From Runella sp. (GTDB lineage Bacteria > Bacteroidota > Bacteroidia > Cytophagales > Spirosomataceae), in contig NZ_JAIXST010000034.1 of assembly GCF_027484545.1 (NCBI RefSeq), forward strand, positions 1,211 to 65,210: a stretch of 64,000 nt of DNA, read 5' to 3'. Positions 20,565-31,760 of this stretch are shown here, one piece after another. Below the pieces are notes generated by a model that was not told the origin of the DNA, ran no database searches, and was given only the letters and a program-made list of their open reading frames with translations. Numbering within the stretch: position 1 is the stretch's first letter; each line of letters begins with the position of its first letter. Both the position numbers and the translations under genes were made by a program.

Positions 20565-21464
20565 TTATTTTGTAGAAAAATAATCCCAAACAGCTTTAGA
20601 AACTTCCGCAATGACTCGGTCGCTGTCTTTATCTGCCATTTTAGTATTAGCGAAGAAAACGGCAATGGCATAGTGCTTGCCGTTAGGAAGGGTTACAATT
20701 CCAATGTCATTGGTAGCAGCGGTAAGTCCTTTCTCGTCGGTTCCCGAAAGACCTGATTTGTGGGCTACTACGGTGCCTTTAGGCAACAATCCTTTGAGTT
20801 TCTGACTGCCGGTAGTCGCTTCTGCCAAGGTTTTCCACATAAAATCATGACCGGATGCGGAAAGAATCTTCTTTTGGTAAAACTTTTCCAACAACTTCAC
20901 GGTCGACCACGGCGTACTCCAATTAGTGAATTGAGCTTTCGGGTCTTGGTGCATTTCCTGCTCTGTGGTAGAAATAGCCACGTCTTTGATACCCAAGTTT
21001 TTGATATACGTATCCACCGTTTTAGGACTGCCTACCAAATTGAAAAGAATGTCGCAACCATTGTTATCACTTTGAGCTACGGTAAATTGAAGCAATTCAC
21101 TTAGCGGAACTTCTACCTCTCCATTGGGATATTTTTCACGCAATGGACTCCACGTATTCGGCAATAAATCCTTTTTTCTGACCAAGATTTTTTGGTCCAA
21201 TTTGAATTTTTCTTTGTCTACTTGATCTAACACCGCCAAACCTAAGTGAAATTTATACACACTTTGCATGGCAAAATGGCCTTTCCCGTTCATGGTTAAT
21301 GTGTCTTCCCCGGCTAAATCCAGAACCGCAATCCCCAATTTCCCATCGACAGAGGAAGCGATTTGTTGAATTTTTTGTCGGAGTTTTTCAATTTGTCCAA
21401 ACGAATTGGTGACGCATAAAGTCAGGAAAATAAATAGTGTGGTTTTTAAAATGGGCTTTTGCAT
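20565..21464 (-). CDS. bla: Class A beta-lactamase, subclass A2
   Basis: SxxK (MQSVYKFH), SDN (AQSDNNGCD), omega-loop E (TEQEMH), HKSG, ATNDIGIVTLPNG; signal peptide. Confidence 0.92.
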   Translation of the reverse strand: MQKPILKTTLFIFLTLCVTNSFGQIEKLRQKIQQIASSVDGKLGIAVLDLAGEDTLTMNGKGHFAMQSVYKFHLGLAVLDQVDKEKFKLDQKILVRKKDLLPNTWSPLREKYPNGEVEVPLSELLQFTVAQSDNNGCDILFNLVGSPKTVDTYIKNLGIKDVAISTTEQEMHQDPKAQFTNWSTPWSTVKLLEKFYQKKILSASGHDFMWKTLAEATTGSQKLKGLLPKGTVVAHKSGLSGTDEKGLTAATNDIGIVTLPNGKHYAIAVFFANTKMADKDSDRVIAEVSKAVWDYFSTK

Positions 21465-21542
21465 GAAGGTGGATGGGTTATCGTTTGATAAAATTGATTT
21501 TAAACAGTTTATTCATTTTTATCATATGGTTAAATTATATAC

Positions 21543-22163
21543 TCATCTCGGTCTGGGCAGTGTCGCTTTCATTCGATACCGAAGCGCAATTTTTTTGCCT
21601 GATACTTTTTCCAAAACGGGTTTAAGAATTTGCTCGGCGTTCCGTTTGGTTTGGTCCAGAATACCCATTTCCAGCGCTGATTTTTGAATTTGTTTTTCAG
21701 CTTGCTGATAGGCTTCCTGTACCAATTGAGCCTCTTCCATAAATGCATATTCAGTATTGTACACCTTCGACTTGGAATGGTCAATTTTATAGCTGCATAG
21801 TTCAGGTTCAGGCAAATGCACTACGACGGTGTCTGATTCCGTGGTAATGTCAGAAACGGTGATTTTGGTTAAATCAATGCAACCAACCGCTTCGCCCTGA
21901 ACAATTAAAACTGCCTTTGGATTAGGCATCCATTGGACAATTTGTTCGTGTTCAACAATGTCTTTAAAATTGTAGCGAACAAGTTCCAGTTTTCCCAATG
22001 CCTGTATTTCTTCCAATACCATGGCGTGGGTAGTTTGGACTTCCTTATCACCACTGAAAGAAAACCATCTCCCTGTTCTGTACGTCTCCCAAATAGAGAT
22101 GATACCAAAAATCAAAACCACAAAAATCAATAATCGGAGAAGTAAACGCAGGCCGGAGGTCAT
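21543..22163 (-). CDS. DUF4230 domain membrane-anchored protein
   Basis: N-terminal TM helix; LGKLEL, GEAVGCIDL, VVHLPEPEL, AEQILKP. Confidence 0.8.
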   Translation of the reverse strand: MTSGLRLLLRLLIFVVLIFGIISIWETYRTGRWFSFSGDKEVQTTHAMVLEEIQALGKLELVRYNFKDIVEHEQIVQWMPNPKAVLIVQGEAVGCIDLTKITVSDITTESDTVVVHLPEPELCSYKIDHSKSKVYNTEYAFMEEAQLVQEAYQQAEKQIQKSALEMGILDQTKRNAEQILKPVLEKVSGKKIALRYRMKATLPRPR

Positions 22164-22299
22164 ACAGTGGAAGATTTGAAGGGTAAAAATACAAAAGTTG
22201 AGGGAATGTGTATTCAAAACCTGCTATCTGCGATTTTATATAGATTTTCAAGCGGGTTATTGCTGTTGTGTATCAGTGATTTACCTGAAAATAAGGTAG

Positions 22300-24066
<1,767 letters not shown>

Positions 24067-24072
24067 TATCAG

Positions 24073-24148
24073 GAGGTAGGAAATAGGAGATAAGATGTAA
24101 AAATTGATTTGTTATCATTGTTTTTCCTTACCTCTTATTTCCTGCCTC
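24073..24148. repeat. Inverted 22-bp arms built of degenerate heptamers (possible hairpin/terminator)
   Basis: GAGGTAGGAAATAGGAGATAAG (24073-24094) vs CTTACCTCTTATTTCCTGCCTC (24127-24148); 19/22 Watson-Crick pairs plus two G-U. Confidence 0.7.
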
Positions 24149-24193
24149 TTACTTCGATAGGCATTCCATCCAATACTATAATTTGTCTTACAA

Positions 24194-25123
24194 CTGCAAA
24201 CTGTAACCCCCAAACTAATTGTTATTCTTGGCCCTACAGCCTGTGGGAAAACTCATTTGGCTACTCATTTGGCCTATAAGATGAATGGCGAAATCATCAG
24301 CGCTGATTCGCGGCAGGTGTATCGGGGAATGAGCATTGGAACTGGCAAGGATTTAGGTGAATATGTCGTTAATAATCAACCGATTCCGTATCATTTGATA
24401 GACAATGTAGAGGCAGGAGATTCCTACAATGTTCATCGTTTTCAACAAGATTTTCAACGGGCGTATTCGAATATTCAGGAGCGAAGCCGAACTCCGATTT
24501 TGTGCGGTGGTACGGGGCTTTACATCGAAGCCGTTTTGAAAGAACATCAGTATACGGCCATTCCCGTTGATGAAAATTTGAGAGAAACCTTGTCTCACTG
24601 CTCGAATGAAGAGTTATTGCAAAAGCTCCATTCCACTCCTTCTGCTTATACTCCGTTAGCTGATACCTCTACCCGAAAACGCCTCATTCGTGCCATTGAA
24701 ATTACCCTATTTTTACAAAGTTATCCGTTGTCCGTTATCCGTTATCCGTCCATTAATTATCAAATTTTCGGTCTTGATTTGCCCGTAGAAGAACGACGTG
24801 CCCGAATCACACGACGGTTGCATGAGCGTTTACAAAATGGCATGATTGAAGAAGTGCAGGGATTGCTGGCTCAAGGAATTTCTGCCGAAAAGTTGATTTA
24901 CTATGGTTTAGAATATAAATTTATCACAGAATACCTCGTAGGTACGTTAGAGTATGGTACGATGGTCGAACGCCTCACTATCGCCATCCACCAATTTGCC
25001 AAACGTCAGATGACGTTTTTTCGCAAAATGGAACGTGATGGAATGAACATTCATTGGCTGGATGCGTTATTACCTATGGAAAAACTCATTGAAATCATTC
25101 TAAACCTGGATATGTCATGCTAA
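24194..25123 (+). CDS. miaA: tRNA dimethylallyltransferase (start codon uncertain, CTG 24194 proposed)
   Basis: P-loop LIVILGPTACGKT lies in frame upstream of the ORF-track start 24257; IISADSRQVYRGMSIGTGKD, CGGTGLYI, FAKRQMTFFR. Confidence 0.88.
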   Translation: MQTVTPKLIVILGPTACGKTHLATHLAYKMNGEIISADSRQVYRGMSIGTGKDLGEYVVNNQPIPYHLIDNVEAGDSYNVHRFQQDFQRAYSNIQERSRTPILCGGTGLYIEAVLKEHQYTAIPVDENLRETLSHCSNEELLQKLHSTPSAYTPLADTSTRKRLIRAIEITLFLQSYPLSVIRYPSINYQIFGLDLPVEERRARITRRLHERLQNGMIEEVQGLLAQGISAEKLIYYGLEYKFITEYLVGTLEYGTMVERLTIAIHQFAKRQMTFFRKMERDGMNIHWLDALLPMEKLIEIILNLDMSC

Positions 25124-26406
25124 AAGACCTTTTGTTTGGTTTGCAGTATCGGTTTCCTAACTTCTCAAAGAAGCTTTTTCAAAACGGTTTATTACTGCCT
25201 GTCCTTCTTTTATGGTTTTGCCACAGTTGTAACCTGAAAGATGAAACGGAACCTACAAAACCAACCTTACCCGCTTTGATGGCGCAAAAACTGGAAGATT
25301 CATTGCGTGGTAAAGACGTAGGCTACGCTTTTACAATCTATGAGGGAACAGAGCTAATAGCACAAGGGAGCGGGGGCTTTCAGTCGCGGAAAGTAGACGC
25401 TGAAGGGCAAAAAAATTTTACAACTGACACTAAAATGCACATTGCCAGCATGACCAAAACGCTGACGGCTATGGCATTTTTAAAAGTAGCACAGCAAAAA
25501 GGACTAAATACAACCGACCGAATTGCCAAGTTTCTGCCGCCTGCCTGGCCGCGCGGTGCGGGAATTGACCAAGTCACGTTCGGGGATTTGCTGACCAACC
25601 GAAGTGGGATTGTAGGACTGGGAAACAACTGCCAGAATGGTTCTTTTACCGAAAATATCTATTCAGGATTGCGTCAACTTATTGCAAAAGGAGTAACAAC
25701 AAGAGGTAATTATTGTTATCAAAATACCAACTTCGGTTTATTCAGGGTCTTGATTCCAAGCATTTTAGGGTATCAGTTTACGGGGAACGAAACGACCGAT
25801 GCCGCTGAGACAGAAAAACGCTACTTAGCTTTTTTGCAACAAGAGATTTTTGAGAAAGCAGGCGTATCCAACGCTACAATTACTTCCCCCGCCGGTAATA
25901 CAACGTATACCTATAATTATCCTTTGAGTGCTTCCCAAATAGGTTGGAATCCGGGCAATTTTAGCCAAACATTGGGTGGTTACGGAATGTATTTAACAAC
26001 GGTAGAAGCAGGAAAAATTTATGCTGCAGCACTTTCATCGGCTGTTAATTCGGTTTTACCTAATGCATTATCGGATTCGTTATTGGTTAAGAATTTAGGG
26101 TGTTACAAAGCAACTTCCGGAATAGGGACCTATTACTATCACGATGGATGGTGGTATTCGGGTTTAGTTTCTACCGGGCAGGGATTGCGTACTATTTGGA
26201 TGAAATTTCCTAATAATATTACCTGTGTATTGTTTGTCAATGCCCTGCAATGGAAAAACAGCTCGCTGATTTTCCCATTCAATTCAGGCAACATTGTGGG
26301 CTTTATGTATAATGCGTATGCACAAGCCCTTCAGGCACGTGGAATGCGCGTGGGTATTGAGACCGAAGTGCCACCACTTCAAATAGAGCATCCCGAACCG
26401 CATTAA
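25117..26406 (+). CDS. Serine hydrolase (class C beta-lactamase/PBP-like), probably exported
   Basis: SxxK in IASMTKT, LLTNRSG, YxN in YCYQNTNF, HDG. Confidence 0.85.
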   Translation: MLKDLLFGLQYRFPNFSKKLFQNGLLLPVLLLWFCHSCNLKDETEPTKPTLPALMAQKLEDSLRGKDVGYAFTIYEGTELIAQGSGGFQSRKVDAEGQKNFTTDTKMHIASMTKTLTAMAFLKVAQQKGLNTTDRIAKFLPPAWPRGAGIDQVTFGDLLTNRSGIVGLGNNCQNGSFTENIYSGLRQLIAKGVTTRGNYCYQNTNFGLFRVLIPSILGYQFTGNETTDAAETEKRYLAFLQQEIFEKAGVSNATITSPAGNTTYTYNYPLSASQIGWNPGNFSQTLGGYGMYLTTVEAGKIYAAALSSAVNSVLPNALSDSLLVKNLGCYKATSGIGTYYYHDGWWYSGLVSTGQGLRTIWMKFPNNITCVLFVNALQWKNSSLIFPFNSGNIVGFMYNAYAQALQARGMRVGIETEVPPLQIEHPEPH

Positions 26407-26539
26407 TAATCGACAATGAAAAATAATAAGATAATTTAGAATGAGCTTAAATTGGGAACTTTTGCCATAGGCAGGGTGGTTTATAGTGTAAATATAAAAA
26501 TTCACTAATCGTACCGGCGACCCGGTCAATATTAAAGAA

Positions 26540-26875
26540 ATGGGAAAGGCCCTTGAAATTACGGACGCAAATTTTGGCGACTTAGTCGCAAATTCTGATA
26601 AACCTGTATTGGTTGACTTTTGGGCAGAGTGGTGCGGTCCTTGCCGTATGGTAGGTCCCGTTGTAGAAAGAATAGCAGAGGCGTATGAAGGCCAGGCTGT
26701 AGTTGGTAAAGTAGACGTAGATACAAATCCTGAAACAGCAATGAAATTTGGTATCCGCAGCATTCCTACTTTGTTATTCTTCAAAAATGGTCAATTGGTT
26801 GACCGTGTAGTTGGAGCGGCTTCTCAGGTAGTTTTGGAAGATAAGCTGAAAGCTCAAATGGAGGTAACTGCTTAA
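26540..26875 (+). CDS. trxA: Thioredoxin
   Basis: LVDFWAEWCGPC, GIRSIPTLLFFKNG. Confidence 0.97.
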   Translation: MGKALEITDANFGDLVANSDKPVLVDFWAEWCGPCRMVGPVVERIAEAYEGQAVVGKVDVDTNPETAMKFGIRSIPTLLFFKNGQLVDRVVGAASQVVLEDKLKAQMEVTA

Positions 26876-26900
26876 TACGATTTTAAACCTGATTGCAATA

Positions 26901-26930
26901 AAAAAGTCCCGAGATACCTCGGGACTTTTT
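26901..26930. terminator. Bidirectional intrinsic terminator between trxA and rplY
   Basis: AAAAAGTCCCGAG-ATAC-CTCGGGACTTTTT. Confidence 0.9.
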
Positions 26931-26957
26931 GTCTATTAGCTCTTTTAAAGAAAAAGA

Positions 26958-27521
26958 CTATTTCAATGTACCGCGCAATGCCCGTGGGATTTCGACCCCG
27001 CCGATTGGCAATGAAGGATTGTTCAATATTTTGAAGCCTTCTACTTTTAAGTCTCCTACTTTTACAGATTTACCTAAATCTAAATTAGTTACAGGTACAT
27101 CCACGTAATCAGGGATGTCTTTAGCAAAACCCTGTACTTTGATTTTACGAAGTTTCTGTACCAATTTACCCCCTTTGGTAACGCCTACGGCAGTTCCTAT
27201 AAAACGGACAGGTACTTCTACTTTGATTTCTTTTGCTTCGTCAATCAAAAGAAAATCTGCGTGTAAAATAATGTCACTAACCGGGTGATACTGAACGTCC
27301 TGCAAAATTCCGTAATGAATATCACCTTCAATGTTCAACGTCACTTTATAGACGTCCGGTGTAAATAAAATATCACGGAACAGGTACATGGGTGCGGAAA
27401 AGTGTACTTGTTCTGCACCTCCGTACAATACACATGGAACCATAGCTGCTTCGCGCAACGCACGAGCATCCTGCTTGCCGAGATTCGCTCTTTTAAACCC
27501 TACAATCTCTGTACTTTTCAT
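26958..27521 (-). CDS. rplY: 50S ribosomal protein L25/Ctc
   Basis: GKQDARALR, VPCVLYG, DVQYHPVSD, HADF, GVTKGG; downstream of prs. Confidence 0.95.
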   Translation of the reverse strand: MKSTEIVGFKRANLGKQDARALREAAMVPCVLYGGAEQVHFSAPMYLFRDILFTPDVYKVTLNIEGDIHYGILQDVQYHPVSDIILHADFLLIDEAKEIKVEVPVRFIGTAVGVTKGGKLVQKLRKIKVQGFAKDIPDYVDVPVTNLDLGKSVKVGDLKVEGFKILNNPSLPIGGVEIPRALRGTLK

Positions 27522-27610
27522 AATTTTTTTGTCCCCAACCCCAAAGGGAATTTTTTGTGAATCATACCTTGGGATTAAAAAGGTATGTGTTTGATAACGT
27601 AAACGTGTGT

Positions 27611-28555
27611 TTACGCCGGATTTATAAATAATGAACTAATAGATTCGTGGTCGCGGATACGTCCGATAGCCTTGGCAAATAGCTCTGACACCGACAGTAC
27701 CTTGATTTTTTCATTTTCTTTATGCAAGGGAATGGTATCCGTTACAATCAATTCTTCCAATACAGATCCGCGAATGCGTGAGTGGGCATCGCCCGACATC
27801 ACAGGGTGCGTACAAATGGCCCGTACTGATTTTGCTCCTTTACTCATTACCAATTCTGCTGCTTTGCAGATAGTACCTCCTGTGTCAATCAAGTCGTCAA
27901 TAAACACAACATTGGCATCTTTCACATCTCCAATGACCTGCATAGAGGCTACTTCGTTGGCACGCTTGCGGTATTTATCGCAAAGAATGATATCGGCGTT
28001 GAAAAACTTGGCAAAGTTACGGGCGCGGGCTGCACCGCCTACGTCCGGAGAAGCCACCACCAAGTTATCTAATCCCAAGCTTTTGATGTAAGGAACAAAC
28101 ACACTTGTCCCTTCCAGATGTACCACGGGAATATCAAAAAAGCCTTGAATGGCACCTGAGTGCAAATCAAGGGTCATGATTTGCTCGGCCCCTGCGGCAG
28201 TGAGCAAATTAGCCACCAATTTGGCGGCAATGGGTACACGTGGTTTATCCTTACGATCTTGACGAGCGTATCCAAAATAAGGAATAACTGCCGTGATTTC
28301 GTGAGCAGAAGCACGCTTTGCTGCATCAATCATCAGCAACAATTCCATGAAATTGTCGGAAGAGGCAAAAGTAGACTGCACCAAATAGACATCACATCCC
28401 CGCAATGATTCCTCGAAACTTGGCGATAATTCGCCATCGCTGAATTTGCGAAGATTGTAACCGCCCAAGTCTCTGCCATAATGGCGAGCCATTTTTTCGG
28501 CCAAGTATTTGGAACCGGAACCGGAGAATATTTTAATCGGATTGAAAGAAGCCAT
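27611..28555 (-). CDS. prs: Ribose-phosphate pyrophosphokinase
   Basis: FSDGE, PYFGYARQDRK, DLHSGAIQGFF, SPDVGGAARA, DDLIDTGGT. Confidence 0.97.
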   Translation of the reverse strand: MASFNPIKIFSGSGSKYLAEKMARHYGRDLGGYNLRKFSDGELSPSFEESLRGCDVYLVQSTFASSDNFMELLLMIDAAKRASAHEITAVIPYFGYARQDRKDKPRVPIAAKLVANLLTAAGAEQIMTLDLHSGAIQGFFDIPVVHLEGTSVFVPYIKSLGLDNLVVASPDVGGAARARNFAKFFNADIILCDKYRKRANEVASMQVIGDVKDANVVFIDDLIDTGGTICKAAELVMSKGAKSVRAICTHPVMSGDAHSRIRGSVLEELIVTDTIPLHKENEKIKVLSVSELFAKAIGRIRDHESISSLFINPA

Positions 28556-28690
28556 TCCTAAGAAAATTTCCGCAAAATTAGGGATAATCTTTGACAAAAG
28601 CGACTCGAAGTCGAAAATTGGTCGCGGGCTTCATTGGTCAGTTGCAATCATTTCGGCCCTTCTTTGATCAAAAGGCTCTGTAAAATAAAT

Positions 28691-29278
28691 TTATCGCGTT
28701 CTCAACGTCAATATTTTCTGCATTCCCCACACCGACAAATACGCTGCTCCACACCCAATCAGTGCACCTGCCAATACATCGAACGGATAATGGACACCTA
28801 CGTAAATGCGGCTGTAAGAAACCACGGCAGCCCATGGAAAAAAAAACCATAGGTATTTTTTATGCCTGTTGGAAAATCGCCCTGCTGCTCTGCAAACCAG
28901 CCATACGGCCATGGCCAATCCAAAACTGTTGGCAGCGTGCGATGATGCGAAACCATACATGCCTCCGCAACTTTCTACGACCAGATGCACTTTGTTTTGT
29001 AAATAAGTGACATGACAGGGGCGAAGCCGTTGTATATTTGGTTTCAACAATGTTGACGCTGTTTGGTCAGCTACTACAATCGTTAAAAAAAGGCTCGCTA
29101 TCATTCCTGCGGCTCGCTGTTTGTACTGCCAAATCAACCAAATAATCAGTAGGGCATATAAGGGAATCCACGTATTGCGCTGCGTGACCCAATACATAAA
29201 GGTATCTGCCCAAGGAGTATGAAGCCCGTTGAGTGCTAAGAAAATCTGAGTATCGGCTTCCTGGATTTGATGAAGCAT
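28691..29278 (-). CDS. PAP2 family phosphatase, membrane
   Basis: KPNIQRLRPC, FASSHAAN, SRIYVGVHYPFDV. Confidence 0.9.
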   Translation of the reverse strand: MLHQIQEADTQIFLALNGLHTPWADTFMYWVTQRNTWIPLYALLIIWLIWQYKQRAAGMIASLFLTIVVADQTASTLLKPNIQRLRPCHVTYLQNKVHLVVESCGGMYGFASSHAANSFGLAMAVWLVCRAAGRFSNRHKKYLWFFFPWAAVVSYSRIYVGVHYPFDVLAGALIGCGAAYLSVWGMQKILTLRTR

Positions 29279-29287
29279 TTTTTGACG

Positions 29288-29405
29288 TTTACGGTTTGTG
29301 AGTTTGAAATTTACGGTTATTAAAGCTAAGTCAGACGATAGTTGACCGTTTTAAAATAACTCAAAACAGTCAACCTTAAACAGTAAACTCAAAACCTCAT
29401 AAACC
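29288..29405. repeat. Degenerate inverted heptamer-like arrays in the trpS-PAP2 spacer
   Basis: TTTACGG-type units at left, AACAGTA/AACCTCA units at right; inner hairpin GTTGACCGTTT / AAACAGTCAAC. Confidence 0.5.
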
Positions 29406-29406
29406 A

Positions 29407-30384
29407 TTAAGAAAGACCCAATTTTTCCCGTACTTCCGTAATTTTTTTTGCGGCTATTGTATGGGCTTTTTCTTCACCTTCCTGCAATTTTTGTTCTAAG
29501 GCAACGGGATTTTCCAGGTAATAGTAGTTAAACAGTTCCCGTTCTTTGGAAAAGCGTGTTTTCAAAGCTTCAAACAGTGCCTGCTTGGCGTGCCCATAGC
29601 CATAGCCGCCTTTTAGGTAATTCTGACGCATGGTTTCAACGTCAGTTTCGTCGGCGATAAGTGAGAAAAGCTTGAAAGTAATGTCAGTATCAGGATTTTT
29701 GGGTGCTTCGAGCGGGGTAGAATCCGAAATAACCTTCTTGGTGATTTTCTGTAATTCTTTTTCGGGTAAAAAAATGTCAATGTAATTTCCGTACGACTTG
29801 CTCATTTTTTGCCCGTCAATGCCCGGAATCACCATCAGTCGCTCGTCAATTCGCCCTTCGGGGAGGACAAACGTTTCGCCAAAGGTGCGGTTGAATGCTT
29901 CGGCCATGTCGCGTGTCATTTCCAAGTGCTGTTTTTGGTCTTTTCCCACGGGCACGTAGTTGGCATCGTATAATAAAATATCGGATGCCATTAAAACGGG
30001 ATATATAAAAAGTCCTGCATTCACGTCGGACAAGCGATCGGCTTTGTCTTTGAATGAGTGCGCATTGGCTAACATGGGAAACGGAGTCAGGCACGACAGA
30101 TACCAAGTCAGCTCGGTATGATAAGCCGCTACCCGCGACTGACGATAAAATACCACTTTTTCGGTATCCAATCCGCAGGCCAACCACGCTGCGGCTACGG
30201 CACGGGTGTTGTCTTTCAGGACATTACCGTCTTTAACGCTGGTTAGCGAGTGTAAATCGGCGATGAACAAAAACGATTCATTTCTGGCTTGTTCAGAAAG
30301 TTGGATAGCGGGCAGGATGGCACCCAAAATATTGCCAAGATGCGGTTTGCCGCTGCTTTGAATACCGGTTAATATGCGAGACAT
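29407..30384 (-). CDS. trpS: Tryptophan--tRNA ligase
   Basis: TGIQSSGKPHLGN (HIGH-type), VPVGKDQKQHLE, KMSKS. Confidence 0.97.
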   Translation of the reverse strand: MSRILTGIQSSGKPHLGNILGAILPAIQLSEQARNESFLFIADLHSLTSVKDGNVLKDNTRAVAAAWLACGLDTEKVVFYRQSRVAAYHTELTWYLSCLTPFPMLANAHSFKDKADRLSDVNAGLFIYPVLMASDILLYDANYVPVGKDQKQHLEMTRDMAEAFNRTFGETFVLPEGRIDERLMVIPGIDGQKMSKSYGNYIDIFLPEKELQKITKKVISDSTPLEAPKNPDTDITFKLFSLIADETDVETMRQNYLKGGYGYGHAKQALFEALKTRFSKERELFNYYYLENPVALEQKLQEGEEKAHTIAAKKITEVREKLGLS

Positions 30385-30426
30385 TTTTCTCAGTTAAAAG
30401 CGTATTTATAATCAAACAGTTATTCA

Positions 30427-30443
30427 CCGCACGGGCGGCCCCG
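30427..30443 (-). repeat. Dispersed GC-rich motif CGGGGCCGCCCGTGCGG, copy 2
   Basis: Reverse complement is identical to 10071-10087. Confidence 0.85.
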
Positions 30444-30450
30444 TCATTTA

Positions 30451-30486
30451 CCATTCACTCATTCACCATTCACTCAATCACCATTA
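30451..30486. repeat. 15-bp-period CCATTCACTCATTCA repeat (reverse complement of the TGAATG family)
   Basis: CCATTCACTCATTCA CCATTCACTCAATCA CCATTA. Confidence 0.7.
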
Positions 30487-30535
30487 GTACTTAACGCGAC
30501 AAAATTGCTATTTTTAAGCCAAAATACGAAACCTT

Positions 30536-31216
30536 ATGCTGACGCAGTCCACCTTTATTTTTTTAAAAGACTTAGCCGAAAACAATAACCGTGAATGGTT
30601 TGCCGAAAATCGTAAACGTTACGAAGCCTCCAAAAAAGAGATTGAGATATTGGTAGGTGCTTTGCTCAAAGGCGTGAATGAATTTGAACCGTTGCCCAAC
30701 ACGGAAGTAAAAGACTGTATTTTTCGCATCAATCGCGACATTCGCTTCTCCAAAGATAAATCGCCTTACAAGCAATGGTTTAGTGCAGCTATCGGTCCGG
30801 GTGGTCGGCATTCCGGCAGAATAGATTTTTACCTGCATATTCAGGCGGGAGAATCGTTTTTGGGAGCAGGGATGTGGAATCCGACTCCTAAGCAATTGGC
30901 CAAGTTTCGGCAGGAAATAGATTTTAATCCTGAAGCCTTAAAAAGTATCATCCAGGCTCCTGAATTCAGAAGTTATTTCCCCGAAATATGGGGAGAAAGC
31001 CTTCAACGGATGCCCAAAGGGTATCCTGAAAATCATCCTGATATAGAATTATTGAAGCGTAAACAGTTGTTTTTCATGCACAAATATTCCGATGCAGAAG
31101 TTACTTCGCCCGGTTTTGCAGCCGAAGTAGTGAAAGGGTGCCGTTTGATTAAGCCTTATTGTGAATTTCTGAATTACCTGTTTTTTGAGGAAGCTGAGGA
31201 GACGTTTGAGTTGTAA
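30536..31216 (+). CDS. DUF2461 family protein
   Basis: FLKDLAENNNREWFAENR, FRINRDIRFSKDKSPYK, PKGYPENHPDIELLKRK. Confidence 0.9.
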   Translation: MLTQSTFIFLKDLAENNNREWFAENRKRYEASKKEIEILVGALLKGVNEFEPLPNTEVKDCIFRINRDIRFSKDKSPYKQWFSAAIGPGGRHSGRIDFYLHIQAGESFLGAGMWNPTPKQLAKFRQEIDFNPEALKSIIQAPEFRSYFPEIWGESLQRMPKGYPENHPDIELLKRKQLFFMHKYSDAEVTSPGFAAEVVKGCRLIKPYCEFLNYLFFEEAEETFEL

Positions 31217-31293
31217 TTTTGCGTTGCTAACGCACACTCTGTTATCCGAAATTTTCCGTATTTTTATTTCAAATTTTAACAACTCTTTTGACA

Positions 31294-31722
31294 ATGGGCT
31301 TAGTTTATGCAGAAATAGAATTAATAAATGCAGGCGATTTAGAACTTGCAAGACGGTACTATATTGGAGAAGATGAAATCAAACGAATGTGGGTAACGGG
31401 CTTAGTGGATACGGGTAGTTATATGCTGTGCATCAACGAATCTATTCAGGCACAAATGCAGTTTCCGGTGATGGAAAAGTGTATTGGGCAAATGTCCAAT
31501 GGCGACCGTATCGAATGTGACGTTGTAAGCCAAGTAGAGGTGCGTTTCAAAAACCGAAGAACCATCTGCAATGCCATGATATTGCCGGGTGATAGTGAAG
31601 TGCTGATTGGAGCAATACCTTTGGAAGATATGGATGTGCTAATTCATCCATTAAGACAAGAACTTATCGTCAATCCCGATCACCCCTACTTTGCCCAAAT
31701 GAAATTAAAAGGAGTTCGATAA
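31294..31722 (+). CDS. Clan AA (retropepsin-like) aspartic protease
   Basis: MGLVYAEIELIN, GLVDTGS, LIGAIPLEDMD, LIVNPDHP. Confidence 0.85.
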   Translation: MGLVYAEIELINAGDLELARRYYIGEDEIKRMWVTGLVDTGSYMLCINESIQAQMQFPVMEKCIGQMSNGDRIECDVVSQVEVRFKNRRTICNAMILPGDSEVLIGAIPLEDMDVLIHPLRQELIVNPDHPYFAQMKLKGVR

Positions 31723-31760
31723 GAATGAAAATCGTTTTGAAACCTTAACACGATATAACG

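Noticed and set aside
20750-20765. KSG instead of KTG in the beta-lactamase
   Set aside because: KSG is a normal class A variant
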